From Faecalibacillus intestinalis (GTDB lineage Bacteria > Bacillota_I > Bacilli_A > Erysipelotrichales > Coprobacillaceae), in NCBI RefSeq assembly GCF_003024685.1, contig NZ_PYLQ01000005.1, forward strand, positions 109,817-133,816: 24,000 nt of DNA, given 5' to 3'. The stretch's first letter is position 1; every line of letters starts with the position of its first letter. The position numbers and the translations under genes are program-made. Under the pieces are notes generated by a model, which saw only the letters and a program-made list of their open reading frames with translations, made no database searches and was not told the DNA's origin. This document shows positions 16,829 through 24,000 of this stretch, one piece after another.

Positions 16829-17680
16829 ATGACATTTAGACATCTAGAAATCTTTATGAGTGTTTATCAAAATCAAAGTATTACTAAAGCATCCAAAGAA
16901 TTACACATTAGCCAACCTTCTGTTTCATTAGCTATTAAAGAATTAGAAGAAAAATATCAAACACCCTTATTTGATCGTATGAACCGTCAAATTTATCCTA
17001 CAAAAAAAGCTCATCTTTTATATAATCATTCATTACAGATTCTTTCATCTCTTGAAAATATGGAAAATGAAATGTATGAAGATCATGTAGAAAATATTTC
17101 TTTTGGTTGTAGTGTCACTATGGCACAAGTTTTTTTACCTCAATTATTAAAAAAATTAAAAATGATTTACCCAACTATTCATTTTCATATTATCGTTAAT
17201 AATCTTGAATATATAGAAAATTTACTTTTAAAAAATGAACTTGATTTTGCTTTAATTGAAACAACACCGCTTCATCAATTAAAAAAAATAGCCTTCTATC
17301 AAGATGAACTTGTTATTATTGTTCATCCAAAACATCCTTTATTAAAAGTAAAAGATTTAAAAGAACTAGAACATTATGATTATTATTCACGTGAAAAAGG
17401 AAGTTCTATTTATGAACTTGTTCATAGTTATTTTATAAGTCATGATTTAGATATTGTGCCAACTATTGAATGTACAAATCCTCATGCTTTAATTGAACTC
17501 GTTAAACAAAATGATGGCTTTTCGATACTTCCTTATTCTTTAGTTAAAGAATCAAAAGAAATAACTTATTTAAAAAATAATGATTTTCAAATACAAAGAA
17601 CGTATCATATTGTCATGCACAAAGACAAAAAACTCCTTCCTCTCTATCAAGAAATATTTGAGCTTATTAAAAAGGAATAA
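16829..17680 (+). CDS. LysR family transcriptional regulator
   Basis: 283-aa ORF. The N-terminal HTH is MTFRHLEIFMSVYQNQSITKASKELHISQPSVSLAIKELEEKYQTPLFDR, followed by a LysR substrate-binding domain. It is divergent from the chrA pair. Confidence 0.9.
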   Translation: MTFRHLEIFMSVYQNQSITKASKELHISQPSVSLAIKELEEKYQTPLFDRMNRQIYPTKKAHLLYNHSLQILSSLENMENEMYEDHVENISFGCSVTMAQVFLPQLLKKLKMIYPTIHFHIIVNNLEYIENLLLKNELDFALIETTPLHQLKKIAFYQDELVIIVHPKHPLLKVKDLKELEHYDYYSREKGSSIYELVHSYFISHDLDIVPTIECTNPHALIELVKQNDGFSILPYSLVKESKEITYLKNNDFQIQRTYHIVMHKDKKLLPLYQEIFELIKKE

Positions 17681-17707
17681 TGACCAAAAATCATTATTCC
17701 TTTTATT
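17671..17707. terminator. Bidirectional terminator between convergent lysR and rsmH-like genes
   Basis: GGAATAATGA (17674-17683) pairs with TCATTATTCC (17691-17700) in a 10-bp perfect stem, followed by TTTTATT. It overlaps the lysR stop codon. Confidence 0.65.
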
Positions 17708-18752
17708 ATTTAGCTTTAATTGCCCAACGCATTTTTGTTGATTTAGCTCTTGAATTTCGATGACATTCTTCTTTAGTAGGTCGTATTACATTTCGACATA
17801 CATCTTCATAAACACCACTATTTTTCATTTCTTTAAAAGTCTTTTTAACAATACGATCTTCACCTGAATGGAAAGTTAAAATAGCTACTCTTCCTCCTGG
17901 TTTTAAAATATGAGGTAGTTTTTCAACAAATTCATATAAAACTTCAAATTCTTGATTGACTTCTATTCTTAAAGCTTGAAAAACTCGAGCTGCTGTTTTA
18001 TTAACAATATCTTTTCTATTTTTATCTTCAATAAAATTTAATGTCTTATCAATGATTTTATAAAGTTGACGTGTTGTTTCTACTTCCATTCCTGAACGAA
18101 TAAAAGAATATATGTTTTTAGCTAAAATATCAGCATAAGGTTCATCAGAGTTTTCTAATAAAATATTTTCTAAATCTTCTCTAGATAACTCTTTTAATAT
18201 CTGAGAAGCGGGTCTTCCAGCTTTAGGATTTAATCTTAAATCTAAAGGTCCATCTTTTTTATAAGAAAAACCTCTTTCTGGATTATCAATTTGCATTGAT
18301 GATACACCTAAATCAGCCAATACAAAATCAAACTTTCCATATTTTTCACTTACTTCATCGATATTTCTAAAATTCGTTAAGACCGATGTAAAAATATTTT
18401 CATCAAATCCTTTATTTCTTAATCTTTGTGTTGTTTTTTCAATTTCAATTGAATCAATATCTAATCCATAAACGTGACCTTGACCTTCTAATTTTTCTAA
18501 CATTTTAGAAGTATGTCCACCATAACCTAATGTACAATCTAAACCAACTTGTCCTGGTTGAATATCTAAAAACTCTAATATTTCATCTACCATAATAGAA
18601 ATATGCATTCCTGCAGGTGTACTTCCTTTAGAAATTACTTTTTCAATCGTTTCAGGATACATTTCTGGATCTAATTCTTTATATTTTTCTTCAAAATTTC
18701 TAGGATGTGTCCCTTTATATCTTTTTCTTCTTTTATGTATTTGTTCACTCAT
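17706..18752 (-). CDS. rsmH: RsmH (MraW)-like SAM-dependent 16S rRNA m4C methyltransferase paralogue with N-terminal extension
   Basis: 348-aa ORF with RsmH motifs: DCTLGYGGHT, ADLGVSSMQID, ERGFSY, DGPLDLRLN, RVFQALRIEVNQE, LTFHSGEDRIVK, and C-terminal NSRAKSTKMR. A ~48-aa basic N-terminal extension (KRRKRYKGTHPRNFEEKYK...) precedes the usual H-x-P/S-V/I start. Confidence 0.75.
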   Translation of the reverse strand: MSEQIHKRRKRYKGTHPRNFEEKYKELDPEMYPETIEKVISKGSTPAGMHISIMVDEILEFLDIQPGQVGLDCTLGYGGHTSKMLEKLEGQGHVYGLDIDSIEIEKTTQRLRNKGFDENIFTSVLTNFRNIDEVSEKYGKFDFVLADLGVSSMQIDNPERGFSYKKDGPLDLRLNPKAGRPASQILKELSREDLENILLENSDEPYADILAKNIYSFIRSGMEVETTRQLYKIIDKTLNFIEDKNRKDIVNKTAARVFQALRIEVNQEFEVLYEFVEKLPHILKPGGRVAILTFHSGEDRIVKKTFKEMKNSGVYEDVCRNVIRPTKEECHRNSRAKSTKMRWAIKAK

Positions 18753-18883
18753 AATTATTCCTCATCTCTTTACTCTTTATAATATAACGAATAATCTTTT
18801 AAGAAACAATAGAAAGATAACAGACTTATTATTAGCAGTAGTAAAAATATTTTTTCTATTTTGGATATATAAAAAATAAGTTT

Positions 18884-19759
18884 TTATTCTATTGGTTGTT
18901 GATAAAAACCGCCATAAAAATTTTCAGTTTTTATAACATTAACTATTAAATCAGGATCCACATCTTTCATTAAGTCTATAATATCTTGGACTTCATAACT
19001 TGAAACCACTGTATGTAATAAATTCATTGGCTGTTTTGAATATCCTCCAATAGCCTCAACACAAGAAATACCATGACGATAATATTGGATATAGGCCTCT
19101 ACAATTTCTTTTGATTTTTTTGTTGTTATTTGTAATGTTACACGTTCATAACGATGGTAAAAAGAATCGATTGTTTTTGTTGAAATAAATTGAAATAAAA
19201 TAGAATATCCTGCATGGATCCAACCAAACATTGATCCAAATATCATAAGAATTAAAGTATTAAAAACAAAAACATATTCCCATATAGATTTACCCTTTTT
19301 ATTAGAAATATAGAGAGCAATAAAATCTGTCCCTCCAGTGGAAGCATTTCCTCTAAGTACAAGAACTGCCATTAATCCATAGGAAACTCCCCCAAAAGTA
19401 ATATTTAATAAAATATCATTAAATAAAGGTTGAAATTGACACACTTTTAAAAACAAACTCGCTAAAAATACTTGTAGTAATGAAAAAAGTGTAAATCTAG
19501 GGCTAATATTTTTATAGCATAAAATAGCAACCGGTACATTTAAAACAATCATGCCTAATGATGTTGAAAACGAAAAGCCAAAATAAGTAGAAGTAATTTT
19601 CTCAATAAGAATAGCTACCCCTGTAAATCCACTTGATAATAAATTTGCAGGTTGAATAAAGACTTGAATGACATACGCTTGACTTAACGCAGAAATCAAA
19701 ACACAAAGAAACGTTACCAATGTTCTTGCTTTTTTATTTTTATTTAGTTTTTTTATCAT
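18884..19759 (-). CDS. YitT family membrane protein (DUF161 repeats + C-terminal DUF2179)
   Basis: 291-aa ORF with multiple TM helices, a GGTDF motif and a soluble C-terminal domain (VTLQITTKKSKEIVEAYI...GISCVEAIGGYS). Its start overlaps the cutC stop by 4 nt. Confidence 0.8.
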   Translation of the reverse strand: MIKKLNKNKKARTLVTFLCVLISALSQAYVIQVFIQPANLLSSGFTGVAILIEKITSTYFGFSFSTSLGMIVLNVPVAILCYKNISPRFTLFSLLQVFLASLFLKVCQFQPLFNDILLNITFGGVSYGLMAVLVLRGNASTGGTDFIALYISNKKGKSIWEYVFVFNTLILMIFGSMFGWIHAGYSILFQFISTKTIDSFYHRYERVTLQITTKKSKEIVEAYIQYYRHGISCVEAIGGYSKQPMNLLHTVVSSYEVQDIIDLMKDVDPDLIVNVIKTENFYGGFYQQPIE

Positions 19760-20496
19760 ATACTTTTCACAATTTTTTCAACTAATTCCTTAGAGACAAC
19801 ATCATAATCATTTTCATGAGGAACAGGGGCATAAGCATAAGAGACCTCATGTCTGTGTGTTGTTGCATCATTGATCCAGTCTTTACAAGAACTATGAACT
19901 TGATAAATTCCTGTATACTTCATCATTTCTTTGGCGTTACTTGCATTCATGCCACTTCCTGCAAGAATTTCAATTTGACTTCCATATTTTTCTTGTAAAT
20001 TTTTAATTAGATCTTTTCCATCCATTGCTTTAGGTTTTAACCCACTTGTAAGAATACGATCCACTCCTAATTCAATTAATAATTCTATCGAAGTATAGGG
20101 ATCTTCAACACAATCAAATGCACGATGAAAAACAACTTCTCCTTGATAACTTTTTATGATTTCTATCATTTCTTTTGTTTGTTTAATACAAATAGAACCA
20201 TCTTTATTTAAACAACCAAAAGCTATTCCATCGGCTCCATTTTCTAATAAAGACTTTGCATCTTCTTTCATCACTTCAAATTCAATCTCGTTATAACAAA
20301 ATCCTGCTCCTCTTGGTCTTACCATCGTAATTACTTTTAAGTTTGTATTCTTTTTTGTAAGTTTTAAAGTTGCTAGAGATGGTGTTAAACCGCCTAAATG
20401 TAAAGCATTATTAAGTTCAATGCGTTTTGCTCCACCATGATAAGCATTTAAAGCATCTTCATAACTTCCACAACATATTTCGATTATTCTTTCCAT
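19756..20496 (-). CDS. cutC: CutC family protein (TIM-barrel, 'copper homeostasis protein')
   Basis: 246-aa ORF. The N-terminus IEICCGSYEDALNAYHGGAKRIELNNAL..GGLTPS is characteristic of CutC. Confidence 0.85.
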   Translation of the reverse strand: MERIIEICCGSYEDALNAYHGGAKRIELNNALHLGGLTPSLATLKLTKKNTNLKVITMVRPRGAGFCYNEIEFEVMKEDAKSLLENGADGIAFGCLNKDGSICIKQTKEMIEIIKSYQGEVVFHRAFDCVEDPYTSIELLIELGVDRILTSGLKPKAMDGKDLIKNLQEKYGSQIEILAGSGMNASNAKEMMKYTGIYQVHSSCKDWINDATTHRHEVSYAYAPVPHENDYDVVSKELVEKIVKSI

Positions 20497-20504
20497 ACTC
20501 TCTC

Positions 20505-21611
20505 CTATAACATTCCTAAATAATAAATTCCTAATGCATATATTTTTGCATTTGTATTCAAATCCTCAATTTTCATCCATTCATTTGGTTGATGTCCAAT
20601 ACCTTTTTGACCCGGAAAACTTGGACCAAAAGGAACAATATGAGGCATTAATTTAGCGTAAGTTCCTCCTGTAGTGGTAACAGGTGTTCCATCTAAATGC
20701 GTTATTTTTTCATAAGCCTTAGACAACAAAGAAACCATTGGGCAATCTTTTTCAAATTTTACAGGAAAATAATGTTGAACACATGTTACTTCCATGTTTT
20801 TTGCTTTTTCTCTAATTGTTTCAACAATTGTTTCTAGCGTCATATTTGCAGGATAAGAAAATGTGACCGAAAAAACAAGTTTACTTTTTTCATGTTTCAA
20901 TACAAAATTACGCATTTCATTTATACCAAATTCTTCATCTTTAAAATCTAAACCGAGTTTTTCTGCATTCGTATTAGCATTTAAAAAATAGTTATTAATA
21001 AACAAAAAAAATTCATCAACTTGTTTTTCTTTAGCACTTATTTCAATAACAGCTCTTCCTCTTTCTGCATAAACCACAGGATACTTACAGTCCGGTGTCC
21101 ACCCCATGACTGGCGGCTTTTCATGTTTTAAATAATACTCTAAATCTTTAAATCCAGTTTCTTCATCACAGCCAAAAATAATTCTTACAGGCTTATGAAG
21201 TTTAATATTTAGTTCTTTAATCGCATATAATGCATACAAGCATGTCATAATTGGACCCTTATTATCTAATATTCCTCGTGAATAAATATATCCATCTTCT
21301 TCATACGCACTAAATGGGGGATGTTTCCAACCTAAACCTGTAGGTACAACATCTAAATGTCCAATAATGCCAATATAATCTTCACCTTTACCATATTGTG
21401 CATATCCTATATAATGATCTAAATTTTTTGTTTCAAACCCCAAAGATTGAGCAATTTCTAAAACCTTGTCAAGTGTTAAAGCAATATCTTTACCAAAAGG
21501 TGCCCCTTGTTGAAAAGTTCCTTCAACACTTGGCATTTTTACAATCGTTTTAATATCCTCAATCATTCTTAAAGAAAGCATATCTATTTTTTTTATAATT
21601 TCTTCTTCCAT
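20505..21611 (-). CDS. M20 family metallopeptidase (PepV/Sapep-like dipeptidase, short form)
   Basis: 368-aa ORF. Metal and catalytic motifs: GHLDVVP, RGILDNKGP, CDEETG, and C-terminal GIGHQPNEW. It is shorter than typical ~460-aa PepV proteins. Confidence 0.8.
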   Translation of the reverse strand: MEEEIIKKIDMLSLRMIEDIKTIVKMPSVEGTFQQGAPFGKDIALTLDKVLEIAQSLGFETKNLDHYIGYAQYGKGEDYIGIIGHLDVVPTGLGWKHPPFSAYEEDGYIYSRGILDNKGPIMTCLYALYAIKELNIKLHKPVRIIFGCDEETGFKDLEYYLKHEKPPVMGWTPDCKYPVVYAERGRAVIEISAKEKQVDEFFLFINNYFLNANTNAEKLGLDFKDEEFGINEMRNFVLKHEKSKLVFSVTFSYPANMTLETIVETIREKAKNMEVTCVQHYFPVKFEKDCPMVSLLSKAYEKITHLDGTPVTTTGGTYAKLMPHIVPFGPSFPGQKGIGHQPNEWMKIEDLNTNAKIYALGIYYLGML

Positions 21612-21612
21612 A

Positions 21613-22569
21613 CTATTTTTCCTCTAAAGGTGCCATCCTTGTTTTCATATAATGATCAAGCCATTCTTGACTTGCAACTTCATGAATACATTTTCCATCT
21701 TTATTTTTTGTAAGATAAACAATTGGTTCTTGATTTTCCGTTGCCACCGCAAATGAAAATCCTTCAATATTAGTTGCAACTCCCCATTCTCCTTTATTAT
21801 TCATTGCAATTAACGATAGATCCCCTGCATGACCTCTTCTTTCTTTTAAACGATGATCAAGTTGATTAACTGCTTTTTCGCAAGCTGCTTGGGGGTGCAT
21901 ACCTTCTGCCATTAAGCGAACGATTTCATAAGAAATACATCCTTTCATTAGATCTTCTCCCAATCCAGTTGCTGAAGCTCCACCTACACTTGAATCAACA
22001 TAAAATCCTGAACCCGCTATTGGTGAATCTCCAACACGTCCTTTTTTCTTCATAAATAAACCACTTGTTGAAGTTGCTGATGTCATTTTCCCTTGTTGGT
22101 CAAGACATACCATACCAACTGTATCATGTCCTGCATAAGGTTTTATTTCTTGTTCACGGACTTCTTTCACTCTATTTCTATAATGAATTTTAGCGCGGTC
22201 TGTAAGCATATTTTTACGTTCAAAGCCTTCTTTATGAGCAAATTTTTCAGCCCCTTCTCCAACTAAAATATTATTTACTTTTTCTTTAGATAAGCGTCTA
22301 GCAATTGATACCGGATTTGCAAAATCTTTAATAGCCGCAACTGCTCCAATACTTAATGTATTTCCATCCATATAAGCTGCATCTAACTCTACTTCCATTT
22401 CTTCATTAGGAAGTCCTCCATAACCAACTGATTTATAATAAGGAAAATCTTCAACTGCTTTTATTGCTGTTTCTATTGCATCTCCTGCATCTCCTTTTTC
22501 TTGTAAAATATGGCTTGCTTCACTAATTCCTTCAACAGCCATACGCCATGTTGCTATTATTCCCCACAT
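21613..22569 (-). CDS. N4-(beta-N-acetylglucosaminyl)-L-asparaginase (glycosylasparaginase, Ntn-hydrolase asparaginase-2 family), cytoplasmic
   Basis: The autoprocessing/nucleophile motif is GHD-TVGMVCLD. Further matches: GRVGDSPIAGSGFYVD, SATGLGEDLM and the C-terminal GFSFAV, which resemble Flavobacterium glycosylasparaginase. I moved the start to the ATG at 22567-22569 (MWGIIATW...), which follows a strong AGGAGGAAAG RBS. The track's extra 16 codons lie over an intercistronic hairpin. Confidence 0.8.
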   Translation of the reverse strand: MWGIIATWRMAVEGISEASHILQEKGDAGDAIETAIKAVEDFPYYKSVGYGGLPNEEMEVELDAAYMDGNTLSIGAVAAIKDFANPVSIARRLSKEKVNNILVGEGAEKFAHKEGFERKNMLTDRAKIHYRNRVKEVREQEIKPYAGHDTVGMVCLDQQGKMTSATSTSGLFMKKKGRVGDSPIAGSGFYVDSSVGGASATGLGEDLMKGCISYEIVRLMAEGMHPQAACEKAVNQLDHRLKERRGHAGDLSLIAMNNKGEWGVATNIEGFSFAVATENQEPIVYLTKNKDGKCIHEVASQEWLDHYMKTRMAPLEEK

Positions 22570-22589
22570 TTTCTTTCCTCCTAGTAGAA

Positions 22590-22609
22590 AGGATGCTAAA
22601 CAGCATCCT
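22590..22609 (-). other. Intercistronic stem-loop between the GrdB-like gene and the glycosylasparaginase gene
   Basis: AGGATGCT (22590-22597) pairs with AGCATCCT (22602-22609) in an 8-bp perfect stem with a 4-nt loop. It overlaps the TAG stop of the upstream gene and has no U-run, so it is not a canonical terminator. Confidence 0.45.
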
Positions 22610-23129
22610 AAAAACAAAATTTTTCTTTAATTTCTTCAATTTCTTTTTCTTGGTAAAGAGCCTTTGCAAGAACACACATTCCCTCTAAAGACTCATTTAA
22701 ACCTATACCACCCTTTTTAGGTGTTTTAATAATACATAATTTATCTTTATATTCGTTAATCGTTTCTTGATTATCATCTGACATGGCCGCAATTGCTTTA
22801 GAAGATGTATTTTGATTAATATCGTAAGCAATTCTTGCTGCCATTTTTCCATAATTCAAATAATTAAAACAAGGACCACACATTACAACATCAGGTTTTA
22901 ATTTATTCACCATTGCGCATAATTTTCGACTTACTTCGTCAGGATTTTTTAGATACGTCCCGTCTCCACAATAAAGACATGCCACGACTTTTCCATCTAC
23001 TTTCTTTAAAAATGGTTCCATCATAACTGCCGGACCAACAGCTTCCTTTTTTGCTCCTAAAGGAATATCATGATCGTCTTTAATACCAGCGCCTGATTGA
23101 ATTTGGTCATAAATCATGATTATTTTCAT
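22608..23129 (-). CDS. Small protein homologous to the N-terminal domain of glycine/sarcosine/betaine reductase component B (GrdB-like), function unknown
   Basis: 173-aa ORF. MKIIMIYDQIQSGAGIKDDHD...VGPA...YCGDGTYLKN...KPDVVMCGPCFNYLNYGKMAARIA parallels the GrdB N-terminus as I recall it (VVHYINQFFAGIGGEEKAD...VGPG...ICGDNYF...KPDLFIAGPAFNAGRYG). It ends at TAG with no in-frame TGA. Confidence 0.55.
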   Translation of the reverse strand: MKIIMIYDQIQSGAGIKDDHDIPLGAKKEAVGPAVMMEPFLKKVDGKVVACLYCGDGTYLKNPDEVSRKLCAMVNKLKPDVVMCGPCFNYLNYGKMAARIAYDINQNTSSKAIAAMSDDNQETINEYKDKLCIIKTPKKGGIGLNESLEGMCVLAKALYQEKEIEEIKEKFCF

Positions 23130-23142
23130 AAATTTTCATCTC

Positions 23143-24000
23143 CTACAAATCATCAAATGAAAGATCATCTAATGAAATATCATCCTCTTCTTCTTCATCA
23201 TTTTGCATATTATTTTCTTCTTCAAGATATTGTTTATCCATTATTTTAATAAATGGCATATAGATAAAAATTCCTAAAATTAATAACAACACTTGTAAAA
23301 GAGCTCCTGCCCAATTTGTTGCAAGGAAACCAGAAATAACAATTGGTGTTGTCCAAGGAATATTAATTCCAGAACAAATTGGTACTAAATTCATAGCCAT
23401 TGCAAAATATGAAATAACAATATTCACTGTTGGAACTAATACAAAAGGTATTAATAATGTTGGATTCAATACAATTGGTAATCCAAAAACAATTGGTTCA
23501 TTAATTCCAAAAATACCAGGAACAAAAGAGAGTTTACCTAAATTTGTAATACGTTTTGATTTACAGAATAAAAGCATCGCAATAACTAATGATAAAGTAG
23601 ATCCTGCTCCACCAAAAGTAGCAAATAAATCTTGGAATTGTTGGCAAATAATATGATGTTCACCAGCAATATTTCCTGCTGATAATGTTTGTAAAATTGG
23701 ATTGAATACGGCACCAACAACCGAACCACCATTTACTCCAAAGAACCAAAATAAATGTAAGAAAATATAAGCAACAACCATTGCTCCTAATGTATCTCCT
23801 AAATTTAATAATGGTGTTTGTAAAAATTCAAAAATAATTTGGAATACATTTGTACCTAAAAAACCAAATAATAAGTTAATTGTAAAGAATACGATCATTA
23901 CCATCGCCGCTGGAATTAATGCAGCAAATGATTCTTCAACTGTAGGTGGAACACCTGCTGGCATTTTAATTGTCCAACCTTTACGTTCCACATATGTATA
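23143..24000 (-). CDS. PTS lactose/cellobiose-family EIIC permease (C-terminal ~285 aa; N-terminus beyond window end)
   Basis: The frame is open to position 24000 (..YTYVERKGWTIKMPAGVPPTV...). It has the family motifs IKMPxxVPPxV and GINEPIVFGLPIVLNP, and an unusual acidic C-terminal tail. Confidence 0.85.
   Translation of the reverse strand, partial: YTYVERKGWTIKMPAGVPPTVEESFAALIPAAMVMIVFFTINLLFGFLGTNVFQIIFEFLQTPLLNLGDTLGAMVVAYIFLHLFWFFGVNGGSVVGAVFNPILQTLSAGNIAGEHHIICQQFQDLFATFGGAGSTLSLVIAMLLFCKSKRITNLGKLSFVPGIFGINEPIVFGLPIVLNPTLLIPFVLVPTVNIVISYFAMAMNLVPICSGINIPWTTPIVISGFLATNWAGALLQVLLLILGIFIYMPFIKIMDKQYLEEENNMQNDEEEEDDISLDDLSFDDL

Noticed and set aside
22570-22617. 16-codon N-terminal extension of the asparaginase ORF (MFLGCCLASFLLGGKK) that looks vaguely like a lipoprotein signal/lipobox
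   Set aside because: The extension lies over the intercistronic hairpin (22590-22609) and overlaps the upstream gene. It has no RBS and no positively charged n-region. A strong AGGAGGAAAG RBS precedes the internal ATG at 22567-22569.

Overview
This is an AT-rich, low-GC Gram-positive (Bacillota-like) chromosomal segment. Almost all genes are on the minus strand, packed into operons with GGAGG-type ribosome-binding sites and hairpin/T-run terminators. I saw no rRNA, tRNA, CRISPR array or IS element. Contents from left to right: a truncated GH1 6-phospho-beta-glucosidase; an Rpn/PD-(D/E)XK nuclease-like gene; an orphan 3-hydroxyacyl-CoA dehydrogenase; a YhgE/Pip membrane protein divergent from a Cys-less Rrf2 regulator; a degenerate-GGDEF/EAL c-di-GMP phosphodiesterase gene split by a homopolymer frameshift and an upstream in-frame TAG; a heavily decayed Gfo/Idh/MocA oxidoreductase pseudogene; a LicT-type antiterminator-controlled PTS operon (EIIA, LicT, EIIBC, GH1) that ends unusually with AlsE-like and RpiB genes; a split ChrA pair co-transcribed with a double CCG-type cysteine-rich protein, divergent from a LysR regulator; an orphan RsmH-like methyltransferase; and an operon of YitT, CutC, M20 peptidase, glycosylasparaginase, a small GrdB-N-terminal-like protein and a cellobiose-type PTS EIIC (truncated at the window end). 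The most interesting candidates are functional inferences, not proven systems. (1) The bgl-als hybrid operon may catabolise a beta-glycoside of allose. (2) The PTS/glycosylasparaginase/M20/CutC/GrdB-like operon may salvage GlcNAc-Asn or glycopeptides in the cytoplasm. (3) The Rpn-like nuclease has a possible internal antitoxin start. No classical defence island or biosynthetic cluster is evident.
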